Below, piece by piece: positions 35,114-43,654 of a stretch of DNA of 64,000 nt (its first letter is position 1; each line of letters starts with the position of its first letter). Under the pieces are notes generated by a model. It was given only the letters and a program-made list of their open reading frames with translations, was not told where the DNA came from and ran no database searches. The DNA comes from Candidatus Peregrinibacteria bacterium CG2_30_44_17 (lineage in GTDB: Bacteria; Patescibacteriota; Gracilibacteria; UBA1369; UBA12470): the NCBI GenBank assembly GCA_001873565.1, contig MNZJ01000012.1:439-64438 (forward strand). Reading direction: 5' to 3'. The position numbers were made by a program, and so were the translations under genes.

Positions 35114-35132
35114 TAGGGCCTGTTCACACTAA
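35114..35132. repeat. 19-nt exact repeat tagggcctgttcacactaa overlapping the stop codon of a minus-strand gene (copy 1 of 2)
   Basis: It is identical to 48060-48078. In both copies the cta (TAG stop on the minus strand) sits at the same repeat position. Confidence 0.8.
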
Positions 35133-36241
35133 AACAATGATCCGCCCCACTCAATCACTGTAAATCCTTCGCGGACTCCAGGCTCAAGCTCTTGCTCCTG
35201 AATCTTAATAGGCTCAGATAGCAGCTCATAATCGAAGAAGACTCTTATAACGGTGTCAGGACTTGGTTCAATAGTAAGCGGTGCGAGATTATCAAGCTCT
35301 TCTTGGTCTATGAATGTAATCAAATAGTAAGGAGAATTTTCAAGCCGAGGCCCCCAGAAATCCAAGAAATCCGAAATCTCATTTTGATTAAGCCCCAAAA
35401 TTGCAAGCTTCTCCTTAAAGAAGTTCTTCAGTGAACCTTCTTCGACAACAAATCCCTCCTCGTACTCCGCGAATTTAGTCGAATATCCTTCCCAGTACAA
35501 ATAAGGATAAAAAGATTTGCTGCCTATGTCATAAAGAAGTCCGTTAGGACGTGCGACAACCTCCCATCCGTCTCCGATTTCGGGATCCGAATAAATAAAG
35601 CCCATATTAGGCTCAACATTCACGCGTATTGAAGTAGTCTCCTCCGGGTAAAGATAAATCACAGGCTTACCCAAGCCATCAACTTCGTTAGTGATAGTAA
35701 GACTGTCAGAAAGTTGCGACCCATCTTCGAAATAACCCGTGAAAACATATGTATTCTCTCCGTGACCTAGATTGTCCCATGACATACTGGCACGATAAAC
35801 AAATTCAGTATCTCCGTCTTCAAAACCTTGGAGAGTATAAACATCCACCATGTCTTGTTCGAAAAGACCTTGCTCCTCTGAAAATGACATCTCCTTATAG
35901 TAAGCTGTCACAACAATCTTCGTCGCATCTTCAGAAATAGTTCCATAAAACTCGATCGGATCAGTCATAAAGAATGATTCGCCATCGTACGGGCTATTCA
36001 CGGCAATGAACGAGTAAATTGTCGGCTCTTCTGAAATTACTTCTTTCTCTTCTGCCTTCTCTTGTTCTTCGATTTCCGATTCAAGCTCTTGGATCTTTTG
36101 TTCGAGTGCCTCGATCTCTTCATCGGTAGCTTGATCAATTTCTTCACCCCCTGCTTCGTCTTCCAACTCGCTAAGCGAGCAGCCAGAAACCATTAGGGAC
36201 GAGAGAAGAGAAACAAGAACAAGCATGGTGATTTTTTTCAT
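35129..36241 (-). CDS. Hypothetical lipoprotein with an acidic coiled-coil linker
   Basis: Lipobox LSSLMVSGCS after a signal peptide, then an EEIEALEQKIQELESEIEEQEKAEEKE linker. The rest is unrecognised. Confidence 0.7.
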   Translation of the reverse strand: MKKITMLVLVSLLSSLMVSGCSLSELEDEAGGEEIDQATDEEIEALEQKIQELESEIEEQEKAEEKEVISEEPTIYSFIAVNSPYDGESFFMTDPIEFYGTISEDATKIVVTAYYKEMSFSEEQGLFEQDMVDVYTLQGFEDGDTEFVYRASMSWDNLGHGENTYVFTGYFEDGSQLSDSLTITNEVDGLGKPVIYLYPEETTSIRVNVEPNMGFIYSDPEIGDGWEVVARPNGLLYDIGSKSFYPYLYWEGYSTKFAEYEEGFVVEEGSLKNFFKEKLAILGLNQNEISDFLDFWGPRLENSPYYLITFIDQEELDNLAPLTIEPSPDTVIRVFFDYELLSEPIKIQEQELEPGVREGFTVIEWGGSLF

Positions 36242-36592
36242 TTTGATTTTTATTAAGGCTCAAATTAAATTAAGCAAAAATATTACACCATAGGACTTCC
36301 TGAAATCATTTCTGGCTCTTTAATATCTTTACTCTTTGATTTAATAGAATTTAATAAAGCTTAATAGCATTTAATAGAATCAAACTTCTTCGCCTTAAAT
36401 AAAGCAAACGCAAGAAGAGATACTTAAAACAAAATAAAACAGGCTAAATGCAAGTAAAAATATACAAAAGACTATACACTTCGATAAAACATGATAAAAT
36501 CAAGCATAGAAACAAAAACAAAAACAAAAACTTGTAAAATTAGATAGAACGAGGTAAAATATAACCAAGTATAATAAAACTAAATCAATCAG

Positions 36593-36763
36593 ATGGGGAA
36601 CCGCCTACTGACAGCTGAGCAAGTGGCCAAGGAACTGCAAGTCCACCATCTAACGGTACTAAAGTTTATTAAGCAAAAGAAACTAAAAGCGATCAGGCTT
36701 GGGCGAGTATATCGCATCAGAGAAACGGATTTGGAAAACTTCCTGAATAAGTACTATCTCTAA
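36593..36763 (+). CDS. Excisionase/MerR-type helix-turn-helix DNA-binding protein (56 aa; below the ORF-track cutoff)
   Basis: Translation by eye gives MGNRLLTAEQVAKELQVHHLTVLKFIKQKKLKAIRLGRVYRIRETDLENFLNKYYL, the classic Xis-family pattern (LT..EVA..L.V...T+..+I..G.L.A.++G+.+RI...DL..FL). Confidence 0.6.
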   Translation: MGNRLLTAEQVAKELQVHHLTVLKFIKQKKLKAIRLGRVYRIRETDLENFLNKYYL

Positions 36764-36792
36764 AATAAAAATATAAGCCTCCTCACCTCACC

Positions 36793-36993
36793 ATGCTACT
36801 AAACTGCCTGCACTGCGGAAAATCCATATCGAACAGAAAAGACTTCTGTCCTTACTGCAACTACGAAATTCCTGTCCACTTACAAGAGATGAAACGCCAG
36901 CCTGGCGGCATCAAAAAAGGAGTACTAAAAGATCATTACAAAGGAACGATCTTCTCGTTCGTATATAAGGACTCTCTGAAAAAAGAGCTATAG
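36793..36993 (+). CDS. Small zinc-ribbon protein; the last 9 codons and the stop are supplied by the IS5 left end
   Basis: CLHCGKSISNRKDFCPYCNY carries two CxxC pairs. The ORF runs into the IS terminal inverted repeat at 36966. Confidence 0.5.
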   Translation: MLLNCLHCGKSISNRKDFCPYCNYEIPVHLQEMKRQPGGIKKGVLKDHYKGTIFSFVYKDSLKKEL

Positions 36994-38126
36994 ATTCAAC
37001 CTGTTGGAACCTGTAGAATGGGGTTAGTCATTAACCCCAAAAACTATGTCCACACAAAACAGTTTTCTTGCCATCGCTCACAAGAAGAAGCTTCGATGTG
37101 AGAAATTTCTTGATGATATGAGTAGCGTTATTCCTTGGGATAGTTTTCTAGCTCAGATCGAACCTCATTATGAAGAGAAAGAACGTGGAAGAAGCAAGAT
37201 GGACATGAAGATGATGCTACAAATTTACTTCTTGCAACAATGGTTCAACCTGAGTGATCCTGGGGTGGAAGATATGATTTACGACAGAGCATCATTCCAG
37301 AAATTTCTAGGTATTGATTTGTTAGCAGATAGAGTCCCTGACGAAACCACAATCCTCAATTTTCGACATTTACTTGAAGAACATCAGCTACAAGTTAGAT
37401 TCTTTGATATTGTGAATGAGTTACTTGAAGAAAGAGGTCTTATCAAGAAAGATGGAACCATTGTAGATGCAACTATTATTAATGCCCCTTCAAGTACCAA
37501 GAATCAAAAGAAAGAGCGAGACCCAGAAATGAGCAGTACAAAGAAGGGAGGTAATTATTATTTTGGCATGAAGGGGCATATTGGAGTAGATGCGCAAGGA
37601 GGCCTTGTCCATAGTCTTGAAACAAGTACCGCTTCCGTACATGACAAGGACAAAATGGGAGATTTATTACATGGGGAAGAAAACGCTTTATTTGGAGACA
37701 AAGGCTATATTGGTAGAGAGGAAAAAATAGCGGCAAGAGTAGCAGAAGTTTACTGGGGCGTGCTGGACAAGGCTGCAAGGAATAGACCTCTTTCTTCCAG
37801 CCAGAAGAAACGAAACAACAAGATGTCGAAAATAAGGTCTAAAGTGGAGCATCCATTTCAGGTAATCAAATGCCAGTGGAAATACACAAAGGTTAGATAC
37901 AAAGGATTATTCAAAAACAGCATGCAACTTCACACCTTGTTTGCTTTGTGTAATTTGTTCAAGGCTAGGAAGAAACTCATGGCTCTGTCATAGGGATAAC
38001 TGTACCCAAACGGCAAGAAAACGAAGAAAAAGCACCAAAAAATAGGTGCTTACAACAGAGAAAATTATAAAATTGCCCAAATTTACTTACGCTACCGCAT
38101 GAGGTGCTTTTTTCAGAGAGTCCTTA
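36966..38126 (+). mobile_element. IS5-family insertion sequence (about 1161 bp) with 20-bp perfect terminal inverted repeats
   Basis: IRL is taaggactctctgaaaaaag at 36966-36985. The reverse complement of 38107-38126 is identical. It encloses a single InsH-like transposase gene. Confidence 0.85.
37046..37993 (+). CDS. IS5-family DDE transposase (InsH-like)
   Basis: Collinear with E. coli IS5 InsH: IPWDSFLAQIEPHY..., QQWFNLSDPGVEDMIYD, VPDETTILNFRHLLEEHQL, GTIVDATIINAPSSTKNQKKERDPEM, FGMKGHIGVDA, GDKGY, VEHPFQVIKCQWKYTKVRYKGL. Confidence 0.92.
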   Translation: MSTQNSFLAIAHKKKLRCEKFLDDMSSVIPWDSFLAQIEPHYEEKERGRSKMDMKMMLQIYFLQQWFNLSDPGVEDMIYDRASFQKFLGIDLLADRVPDETTILNFRHLLEEHQLQVRFFDIVNELLEERGLIKKDGTIVDATIINAPSSTKNQKKERDPEMSSTKKGGNYYFGMKGHIGVDAQGGLVHSLETSTASVHDKDKMGDLLHGEENALFGDKGYIGREEKIAARVAEVYWGVLDKAARNRPLSSSQKKRNNKMSKIRSKVEHPFQVIKCQWKYTKVRYKGLFKNSMQLHTLFALCNLFKARKKLMALS

Positions 38127-38175
38127 AGTACGACAGCTCATACATAAGCTGGTCTCCCGGAGAACTCCATACACC

Positions 38176-38856
38176 ATGATTGAAGTAACCTCAAAACTTA
38201 CCACTCCTGATGACACGAAGCTTGATATTCTTTCTCGTGTCCTTGATGATGACGAGGTACTAAGCAGGATTGGCGAGCTGACCGGCATCTGGACAATCAG
38301 GAGCGCTGAGCTAAAACTTTTGAATCCCGGTAGACGTTTTAAGGTTATTTATTTATTAGAAATTTCTGACGGATATAAAAACGGCAAGGTTGTAATCAAA
38401 TTTCATAGGCGCAATTTGCCTCGACGATTCGAAAGAGAAGTTTCTCCGAGGACGTTGCCGTCTATTGAGCCTTTTGCGCCCGGATTTATTGCCAGTCGTG
38501 AATCAGTAAGCCATACCGACAAAAATCATCCTTTCCAGCGTGATGATTATCGTTTGTTTATTGAGGAGTATATTGTCGGCAGAGATTTAGAAGCTATTTA
38601 TGAAGATGAAAGTCCTCTTAAATATATTTCTGCAGGCATAGCCGAAGCCAGATATGAGCGTCTTGGAGCTATAACCAGTACAATGGGATGGGTGCTTTCC
38701 AATGTACATCCCGGCAATATTCGTTTTAGAGCTTACGACAATAGAGATGCCACCATAGTCGATTTGGGCGAGCAGGATCATAATGCATGGCTTGACCAAT
38801 ATACCGAAGTTGTCCGTCGGAATATTTTCGGACCTTTGCTTAGAAACCAATCTTGA
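38176..38856 (+). CDS. Hypothetical protein with a minimal protein-kinase-like fold signature
   Basis: VVIKFHRRN (a Lys candidate), EEYIVGRDL hinge, and NVHPGNIRF...IVDLGE resembling the HxDxxxxN...DxG catalytic and activation motifs (the catalytic Asp position reads V-H-P-G-N). Weak. Confidence 0.4.
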   Translation: MIEVTSKLTTPDDTKLDILSRVLDDDEVLSRIGELTGIWTIRSAELKLLNPGRRFKVIYLLEISDGYKNGKVVIKFHRRNLPRRFEREVSPRTLPSIEPFAPGFIASRESVSHTDKNHPFQRDDYRLFIEEYIVGRDLEAIYEDESPLKYISAGIAEARYERLGAITSTMGWVLSNVHPGNIRFRAYDNRDATIVDLGEQDHNAWLDQYTEVVRRNIFGPLLRNQS

Positions 38857-39159
38857 GTCGGCACCTCGATTTTGATAATCGCCAAAGTAGTGGTGCAAAT
38901 TACGTTTACGGCCTGGAATTTTGAAAAAACTTATCTTCTGTTATGCTCGTCCCAATAATTTTCGTCTACACGTCCTGCCATCAGATCTTGCCAAAACCGC
39001 TTATCCCAAGCACCGTCAGACACGTGATGAAGCCACCGTTTCACAATTTTCAGTTGTCTTGCCGACCCGAGCCGCGTCAGAAGCGGCTTGTATTTGTAGC
39101 GATTTTTATTGGCGCATGTGTTATACTGAGTGCCTTTATCATTTTGACCATTTGATACC

Positions 39160-40833
39160 ATGAATGCATCACTTGATGGATGGAATGGCGCTAATCGTCG
39201 TTCCCGCGGCAATGATCGTAATGCTGCCGATCCTGCGCAACAACCCGAGATTCGAGCCGGAGTGAAAAAACGCGTTAGTGCTTTGACGCGTGGAGACGAT
39301 CCTTTGGTTGTAAGCCGAGACGCAGCTCTGATGCCGGGACTTCTTACTGCCGGATTTGCTCAAAGAGTAAGAGGAATACGAAGTGCAGAACTTCCCGCCG
39401 GTGCTTTGTTAACATTTCACAGGAGGGGCCTTGATGCTGGCTCCAAAATAGAAACAGACCTACCAGATGAAGCCGGCTCAGCTTATCCGAGTCCGAAAGG
39501 TCCTTTTTCCCGAGTCAAACGACCATTGCCCGCAGATCAAATCGCTTATGCCGAAGTCAGGCCTCTTGCGCATCCGCTTGGCGAGGCACTTGCGGCAAAT
39601 GAGGATATTTTTGAGGACTTGAATGAACGAGGCAAACTAGGCTTTGGTCATCCTGAAAAAGGTCTGATACAAACCGACGTGATGATTTCGGCGACATGCC
39701 TCGACGGCCAATGGACCGATATTGACGTTGTTCCGTATTCCGAGTTGTCCGTTCCTCCTAACATGCAGGCACTGCATTACGGAGGAGCTTTTTTCGAAGG
39801 TATGACGGCGGAATGGGGAGAAGATGGTAAATGTTATGTTTTTGGACTTGAGCAGCACTGGAATCGCATGATGAAGAGTGCACGTACTCTTGGAACTAAA
39901 TTTGTTCCATTTGAGGTATTCGAAGAAGCTATCTTAAAAGTATGCCAGCAGAATGCTCGTTTTATACCGCAAAATGGTCGCCTATATTTAAGACCTCACG
40001 GGGCTGATGTTGGTAAACAGATGAGAGTTGGTAATTCCAGAATCGCAGGATTCTTTGTCGAAGTTACTCCAATAGGATCTGCTGAAAGTTATTTTGGCGA
40101 TATTGAGCGAGACCCTGATGGGAATGTTAAGGGCAAGGGTCTTGGCGTCCCAACTACTCAAGTACGTTCGGGAAAGGGGTTACCTGGAAACAGTAAAGGC
40201 GTACAAAACTATGGACCAACACCTGTTGTCATTCGTACGGTCTGTAGTCTTAATGTCGGGACCGACGAAGCACCTCACCGCCCAGTAGGCGTACTTTATG
40301 TCGACCGCGTTACAGATGGGCTCGGTGATGACGCCATGCTTGATGCCGAGGTCCGCGAGACCAACGCATCCAATACTATTTTCTTTGAAGATCTTGGCGA
40401 TGGACGCTACCTAGTTATCACTCCATCCCTGGAAGATGGTGATATCTTACCCGGCAATACGCGCGCATTGATTCTGGAGAAAGCTCGCGATCGAGGTTGG
40501 GAAGTCGAAGAAAGGCGCGTAACCTTGAGAGAGATCGCGAGTGGCAAATTCGTTGCCGCTGGCAATTGCGGAACCGCCGCGGTGTTCTCGCCTTTCGACT
40601 GGATACATTTCGCAAAAATTCAACCCGGCAGCAAACCGGAAGACAAATGGACGGGCGAATTGGTTGGAAAGAAAATCGACATCAGGTCTCAGGATGCTAT
40701 TAATCAAGAGCCGATACCGACGCCCGTACGTCTGCTTATGGAGGATGTCCTTGCGGTCAAATCAGCCAAGAACCCTTCGGACACCACCAGATATTTGACC
40801 GAAATTCCCGGCATTAAATTGAAAGCTGCTTAA
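39160..40833 (+). CDS. Branched-chain-amino-acid aminotransferase (PLP fold type IV) with an unusual N-terminal extension of about 150 aa
   Basis: The core starts near KLGFGHPEKGLIQTDVM...LHYGGAFFEGMTAEWGEDGKCYVFGLEQHWNRMMKSARTL...GRLYLRP...NSKGVQNYGP. Composition is visibly GC-richer than the surrounding genes. The start codon is uncertain. Confidence 0.75.
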   Translation: MNASLDGWNGANRRSRGNDRNAADPAQQPEIRAGVKKRVSALTRGDDPLVVSRDAALMPGLLTAGFAQRVRGIRSAELPAGALLTFHRRGLDAGSKIETDLPDEAGSAYPSPKGPFSRVKRPLPADQIAYAEVRPLAHPLGEALAANEDIFEDLNERGKLGFGHPEKGLIQTDVMISATCLDGQWTDIDVVPYSELSVPPNMQALHYGGAFFEGMTAEWGEDGKCYVFGLEQHWNRMMKSARTLGTKFVPFEVFEEAILKVCQQNARFIPQNGRLYLRPHGADVGKQMRVGNSRIAGFFVEVTPIGSAESYFGDIERDPDGNVKGKGLGVPTTQVRSGKGLPGNSKGVQNYGPTPVVIRTVCSLNVGTDEAPHRPVGVLYVDRVTDGLGDDAMLDAEVRETNASNTIFFEDLGDGRYLVITPSLEDGDILPGNTRALILEKARDRGWEVEERRVTLREIASGKFVAAGNCGTAAVFSPFDWIHFAKIQPGSKPEDKWTGELVGKKIDIRSQDAINQEPIPTPVRLLMEDVLAVKSAKNPSDTTRYLTEIPGIKLKAA

Positions 40834-40839
40834 TAGAGT

Positions 40840-40936
40840 CCTCTGCGAGAGATCACTAACTACTGCAAAATGGGAAATCGGCTGCAAATCGCTCGATTTT
40901 TTCATCTTTCGAGAGCGTTACTGACTTTCGCAGAGG
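40840..40936. repeat. About 97-bp long imperfect palindrome (family B), followed by a U-tract, between the transaminase and the ABC-F gene
   Basis: The arms are cctctgcgagagatcactaac and gttactgactttcgcagagg. The core aactactgcaaaatg..aatc.gctgcaaat is shared with 51518-51681. It is followed by ccccagtttttt. Confidence 0.6.
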
Positions 40937-41014
40937 CCCCAGTTTTTTCTTACTTGAGAACATCGAGGTTTAGAGCTATCCTTCACGAGATTATTTTTTT
41001 GAAGCAGTTTATCC

Positions 41015-42781
41015 ATGGCAACGTTGTTGCAAATTCATAAATTGTCCAAATCTTACGGTCCGCAGATGATTCTGGAAAACGCTGACCTTACTGTCGGCGA
41101 CAGGCAGAAAATCGGTATCATCGGTAGGAATGGTGCTGGCAAATCCACTCTTTTTAAAATCATTATTGGCAGCGAAGATTACGATGATGGCAACGTGAAC
41201 GTTCATGACGGGACCAGAATCGGATATTTGACTCAGCACAGCGAATACGGAGATGACGAGACTGTCGTCGATTTTCTTATGAGATCCAGCGGCAAACAGG
41301 ATTGGGAATGCGGCATGGTTGCAGGCAGATTCCAGATCAAAAACGAGATGTTAACAGCCGTAGTGACTTCCTTAGCCGGTGGTTTTCAAACAAGAGTTAA
41401 GCTTGTCGCCATGCTTCTTAAGGACCCTAATCTGCTACTTTTGGATGAACCGACCAACTACTTGGATTTGTCGACTCAGATCTTGCTTGAGAAATTTTTG
41501 GAAAATTATAATGGCAGTTTCTTGCTGATATCTCATGATCGCGAGTTCCTTAAGCGAACTTGCGATGAGACTTTGGAAATAGAACATGGCCGCATGACAT
41601 TATTCCCGCGTTCCGTCGAGGAATATCTGGAATACAAGGAACAGCAGTTAACGATGGTAGGCAAGCATAACGTCAAGGTGGAGCGAGAGAAGAAACATCT
41701 GCAGAAGTTCGTGGACAGATTTGGCGCAAAAGCCAGCAAGGCGTCGCAAGCGAAATCAAAACTCAAACAGATTGCAAGACTTAAGACTATTGAAGTTTTG
41801 CATCCACTCAAGACCACGCGTATCAAGATTCCTAAGGTGGAAGACAAAAAAGGTATCGCCCTTGATATTGACGATTTAGAAATTGGATACAGCGGCAAAT
41901 CCATCGCCAAAGGCATCAATCTGGAAATCGAACGTGGTCAACGAATTGCCGTGCTTGGTGATAATGGTCAAGGTAAAACCACTTTGCTCAAAACTATTGC
42001 AGGTGAATTGGATGCACTCTCAGGTAATTACAAGTGGGGTCATAATATCAATATCGGCTATTATGCGCAGCATATACCGGCTACTTTGAATCTTGATACA
42101 ACCGTAAAAGAGTACTTAAAAATGGTAGCGCCGCAAGACGTGTCCGAGCAAGATATCTTTGAAATGGCTGGGGATTTTCTGTTCCGTGATGAAGGGCTTA
42201 AGAAAAGGATTCCGGTACTAAGCGGTGGCGAAAAAGCGCGGCTGTGTCTGGCCAAGATTTTGTTGCAAAAAAATCATGTTATCCTGCTTGATGAGCCGAC
42301 AAATCACTTGGATTTTGAAACCGTCGAATCGCTAGCTATGGCGCTTAGGAACTCTAACGTAACAGTGATACTTGTAAGTCATAATCGCACATTTGTAGAA
42401 ATAGTCGCGAGTGGGATCGTAGAGGTGAAGAACGGATCGGTAAAACGTTACCATCATAATTACGAGGAGTATGTCCACCATGTTGAGAGAGATATCGAAG
42501 AAGATCTCGGTCTCACCGAATATCCGACTCTGAACCTTGATAAACAAGAGAAAAAAGAGCTCAGGATGAAAATCAAAGAGGCGGAGAAGCAACTTAAGCT
42601 GACTGAACGCAGCATCGCCAAATTAGAAGAGGAAAAAAGAATGTTGCTGGAGTGGTTTGAACAGCATTACAATGAATTCTCCGAAGAAAAGACCAAACGC
42701 ATATCAGAAATAGAGCAAGAACTCGTGAAGAAAGAAGCGCAGTGGATGGAGCTGGAAACGGAGATAGAGATCTTAAAATAG
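41015..42781 (+). CDS. ABC-F family ATPase (translation factor / ribosome-protection type)
   Basis: Two ABC cassettes (GRNGAGKSTL, GDNGQGKTTL; LAGGFQTRV, LSGGEKARL; LLLDEPTN, ILLDEPTN), no TM domain, and a C-terminal coiled coil. Confidence 0.92.
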   Translation: MATLLQIHKLSKSYGPQMILENADLTVGDRQKIGIIGRNGAGKSTLFKIIIGSEDYDDGNVNVHDGTRIGYLTQHSEYGDDETVVDFLMRSSGKQDWECGMVAGRFQIKNEMLTAVVTSLAGGFQTRVKLVAMLLKDPNLLLLDEPTNYLDLSTQILLEKFLENYNGSFLLISHDREFLKRTCDETLEIEHGRMTLFPRSVEEYLEYKEQQLTMVGKHNVKVEREKKHLQKFVDRFGAKASKASQAKSKLKQIARLKTIEVLHPLKTTRIKIPKVEDKKGIALDIDDLEIGYSGKSIAKGINLEIERGQRIAVLGDNGQGKTTLLKTIAGELDALSGNYKWGHNINIGYYAQHIPATLNLDTTVKEYLKMVAPQDVSEQDIFEMAGDFLFRDEGLKKRIPVLSGGEKARLCLAKILLQKNHVILLDEPTNHLDFETVESLAMALRNSNVTVILVSHNRTFVEIVASGIVEVKNGSVKRYHHNYEEYVHHVERDIEEDLGLTEYPTLNLDKQEKKELRMKIKEAEKQLKLTERSIAKLEEEKRMLLEWFEQHYNEFSEEKTKRISEIEQELVKKEAQWMELETEIEILK

Positions 42782-42806
42782 TAGCCCCGCAAGGAGCCTC
42801 TAACCC

Positions 42807-43214
42807 ATGCGATTTATGAACAAGCACGACCTGGAACATTCTCATTATTGGCAGAGGATTCCATTCATAGCTGAGCTTTTGTTTGTCCTCGGACTGATCG
42901 GGGGCGTCTCTTTCCGTCTTACTATTTTTCTTAAACCCCTCGGAGATCAAGCCGTGAATACTGCGTGGTACAGCGGAATTATTGCTTATATTATCTTCTT
43001 CTATGTACGTATTTCTATCGAAAATCATCGTAGGGAGATTTGTACTGACCGCTTCCTTTTTGAAAGACTTGCAGGCAATGATCTGACTGAGATGGACGTC
43101 AAAAACATCTCCTCTATCCTTAAATCGCAGTGCAAATCGAACATCAAATACAATTATATCGTTTGGTTCGGACTGTCTGTTGTATCTCTTATCGCCGCTA
43201 TATTGTTTGTTTGA
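42807..43214 (+). CDS. Hypothetical membrane protein (3-4 TM)
   Basis: 135-aa ORF with hydrophobic helices. I recognise no family. Confidence 0.45.
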   Translation: MRFMNKHDLEHSHYWQRIPFIAELLFVLGLIGGVSFRLTIFLKPLGDQAVNTAWYSGIIAYIIFFYVRISIENHRREICTDRFLFERLAGNDLTEMDVKNISSILKSQCKSNIKYNYIVWFGLSVVSLIAAILFV

Positions 43215-43253
43215 TGCCCGCCAATTAAAGATGTGGCTTTTTACTGCGTTTAT

Positions 43254-43643
43254 TTACATAAAAAATCCCACATATCCCAGATAGAGTCCGAGTCCTACGT
43301 AAATAATACCGATTACAACGTAGGCATCTGTCATCTTTTTCATCTTCTTTGTCAGCTGTATCATGTGCTGCGGGCATATCATTAGTAGCGCACCTTTTAG
43401 CACAGACATCCATCCCAATACGGTAAGAATGACTGCTGGAACGCTATTCCAAAGCGTATGACTCGTTACCATTAGCATTCCTATCACTGCCGCAAACATG
43501 CCCGCGAGAAACATGAGACCTGTGCTTTTTATAAAATCTTCCAGAAGTTCCTTTATTAACTTCTTATTGATCGCGATCCCAAGACCAGCAAAAACCATGA
43601 TAGGCCCTACCAACTTCGCCAGTACAATTGTGTTTGGTGACAT
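43254..43643 (-). CDS. Hypothetical membrane protein (4 TM)
   Basis: 129-aa hydrophobic ORF, 11 nt downstream of the antiporter gene on the same strand. Confidence 0.5.
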   Translation of the reverse strand: MSPNTIVLAKLVGPIMVFAGLGIAINKKLIKELLEDFIKSTGLMFLAGMFAAVIGMLMVTSHTLWNSVPAVILTVLGWMSVLKGALLMICPQHMIQLTKKMKKMTDAYVVIGIIYVGLGLYLGYVGFFM

Positions 43644-43654
43644 TTTTGTTTTGG

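Noticed and set aside
38931-39212. 93-aa minus-strand ORF (and plus-strand ORFs 38921-39163 and 38943-39155) between the kinase-like gene and the transaminase
   Set aside because: There is no recognisable motif. It overlaps the uncertain 5' end of the transaminase ORF. I cannot decide from sequence alone whether any of these is real, so none is reported as a feature.
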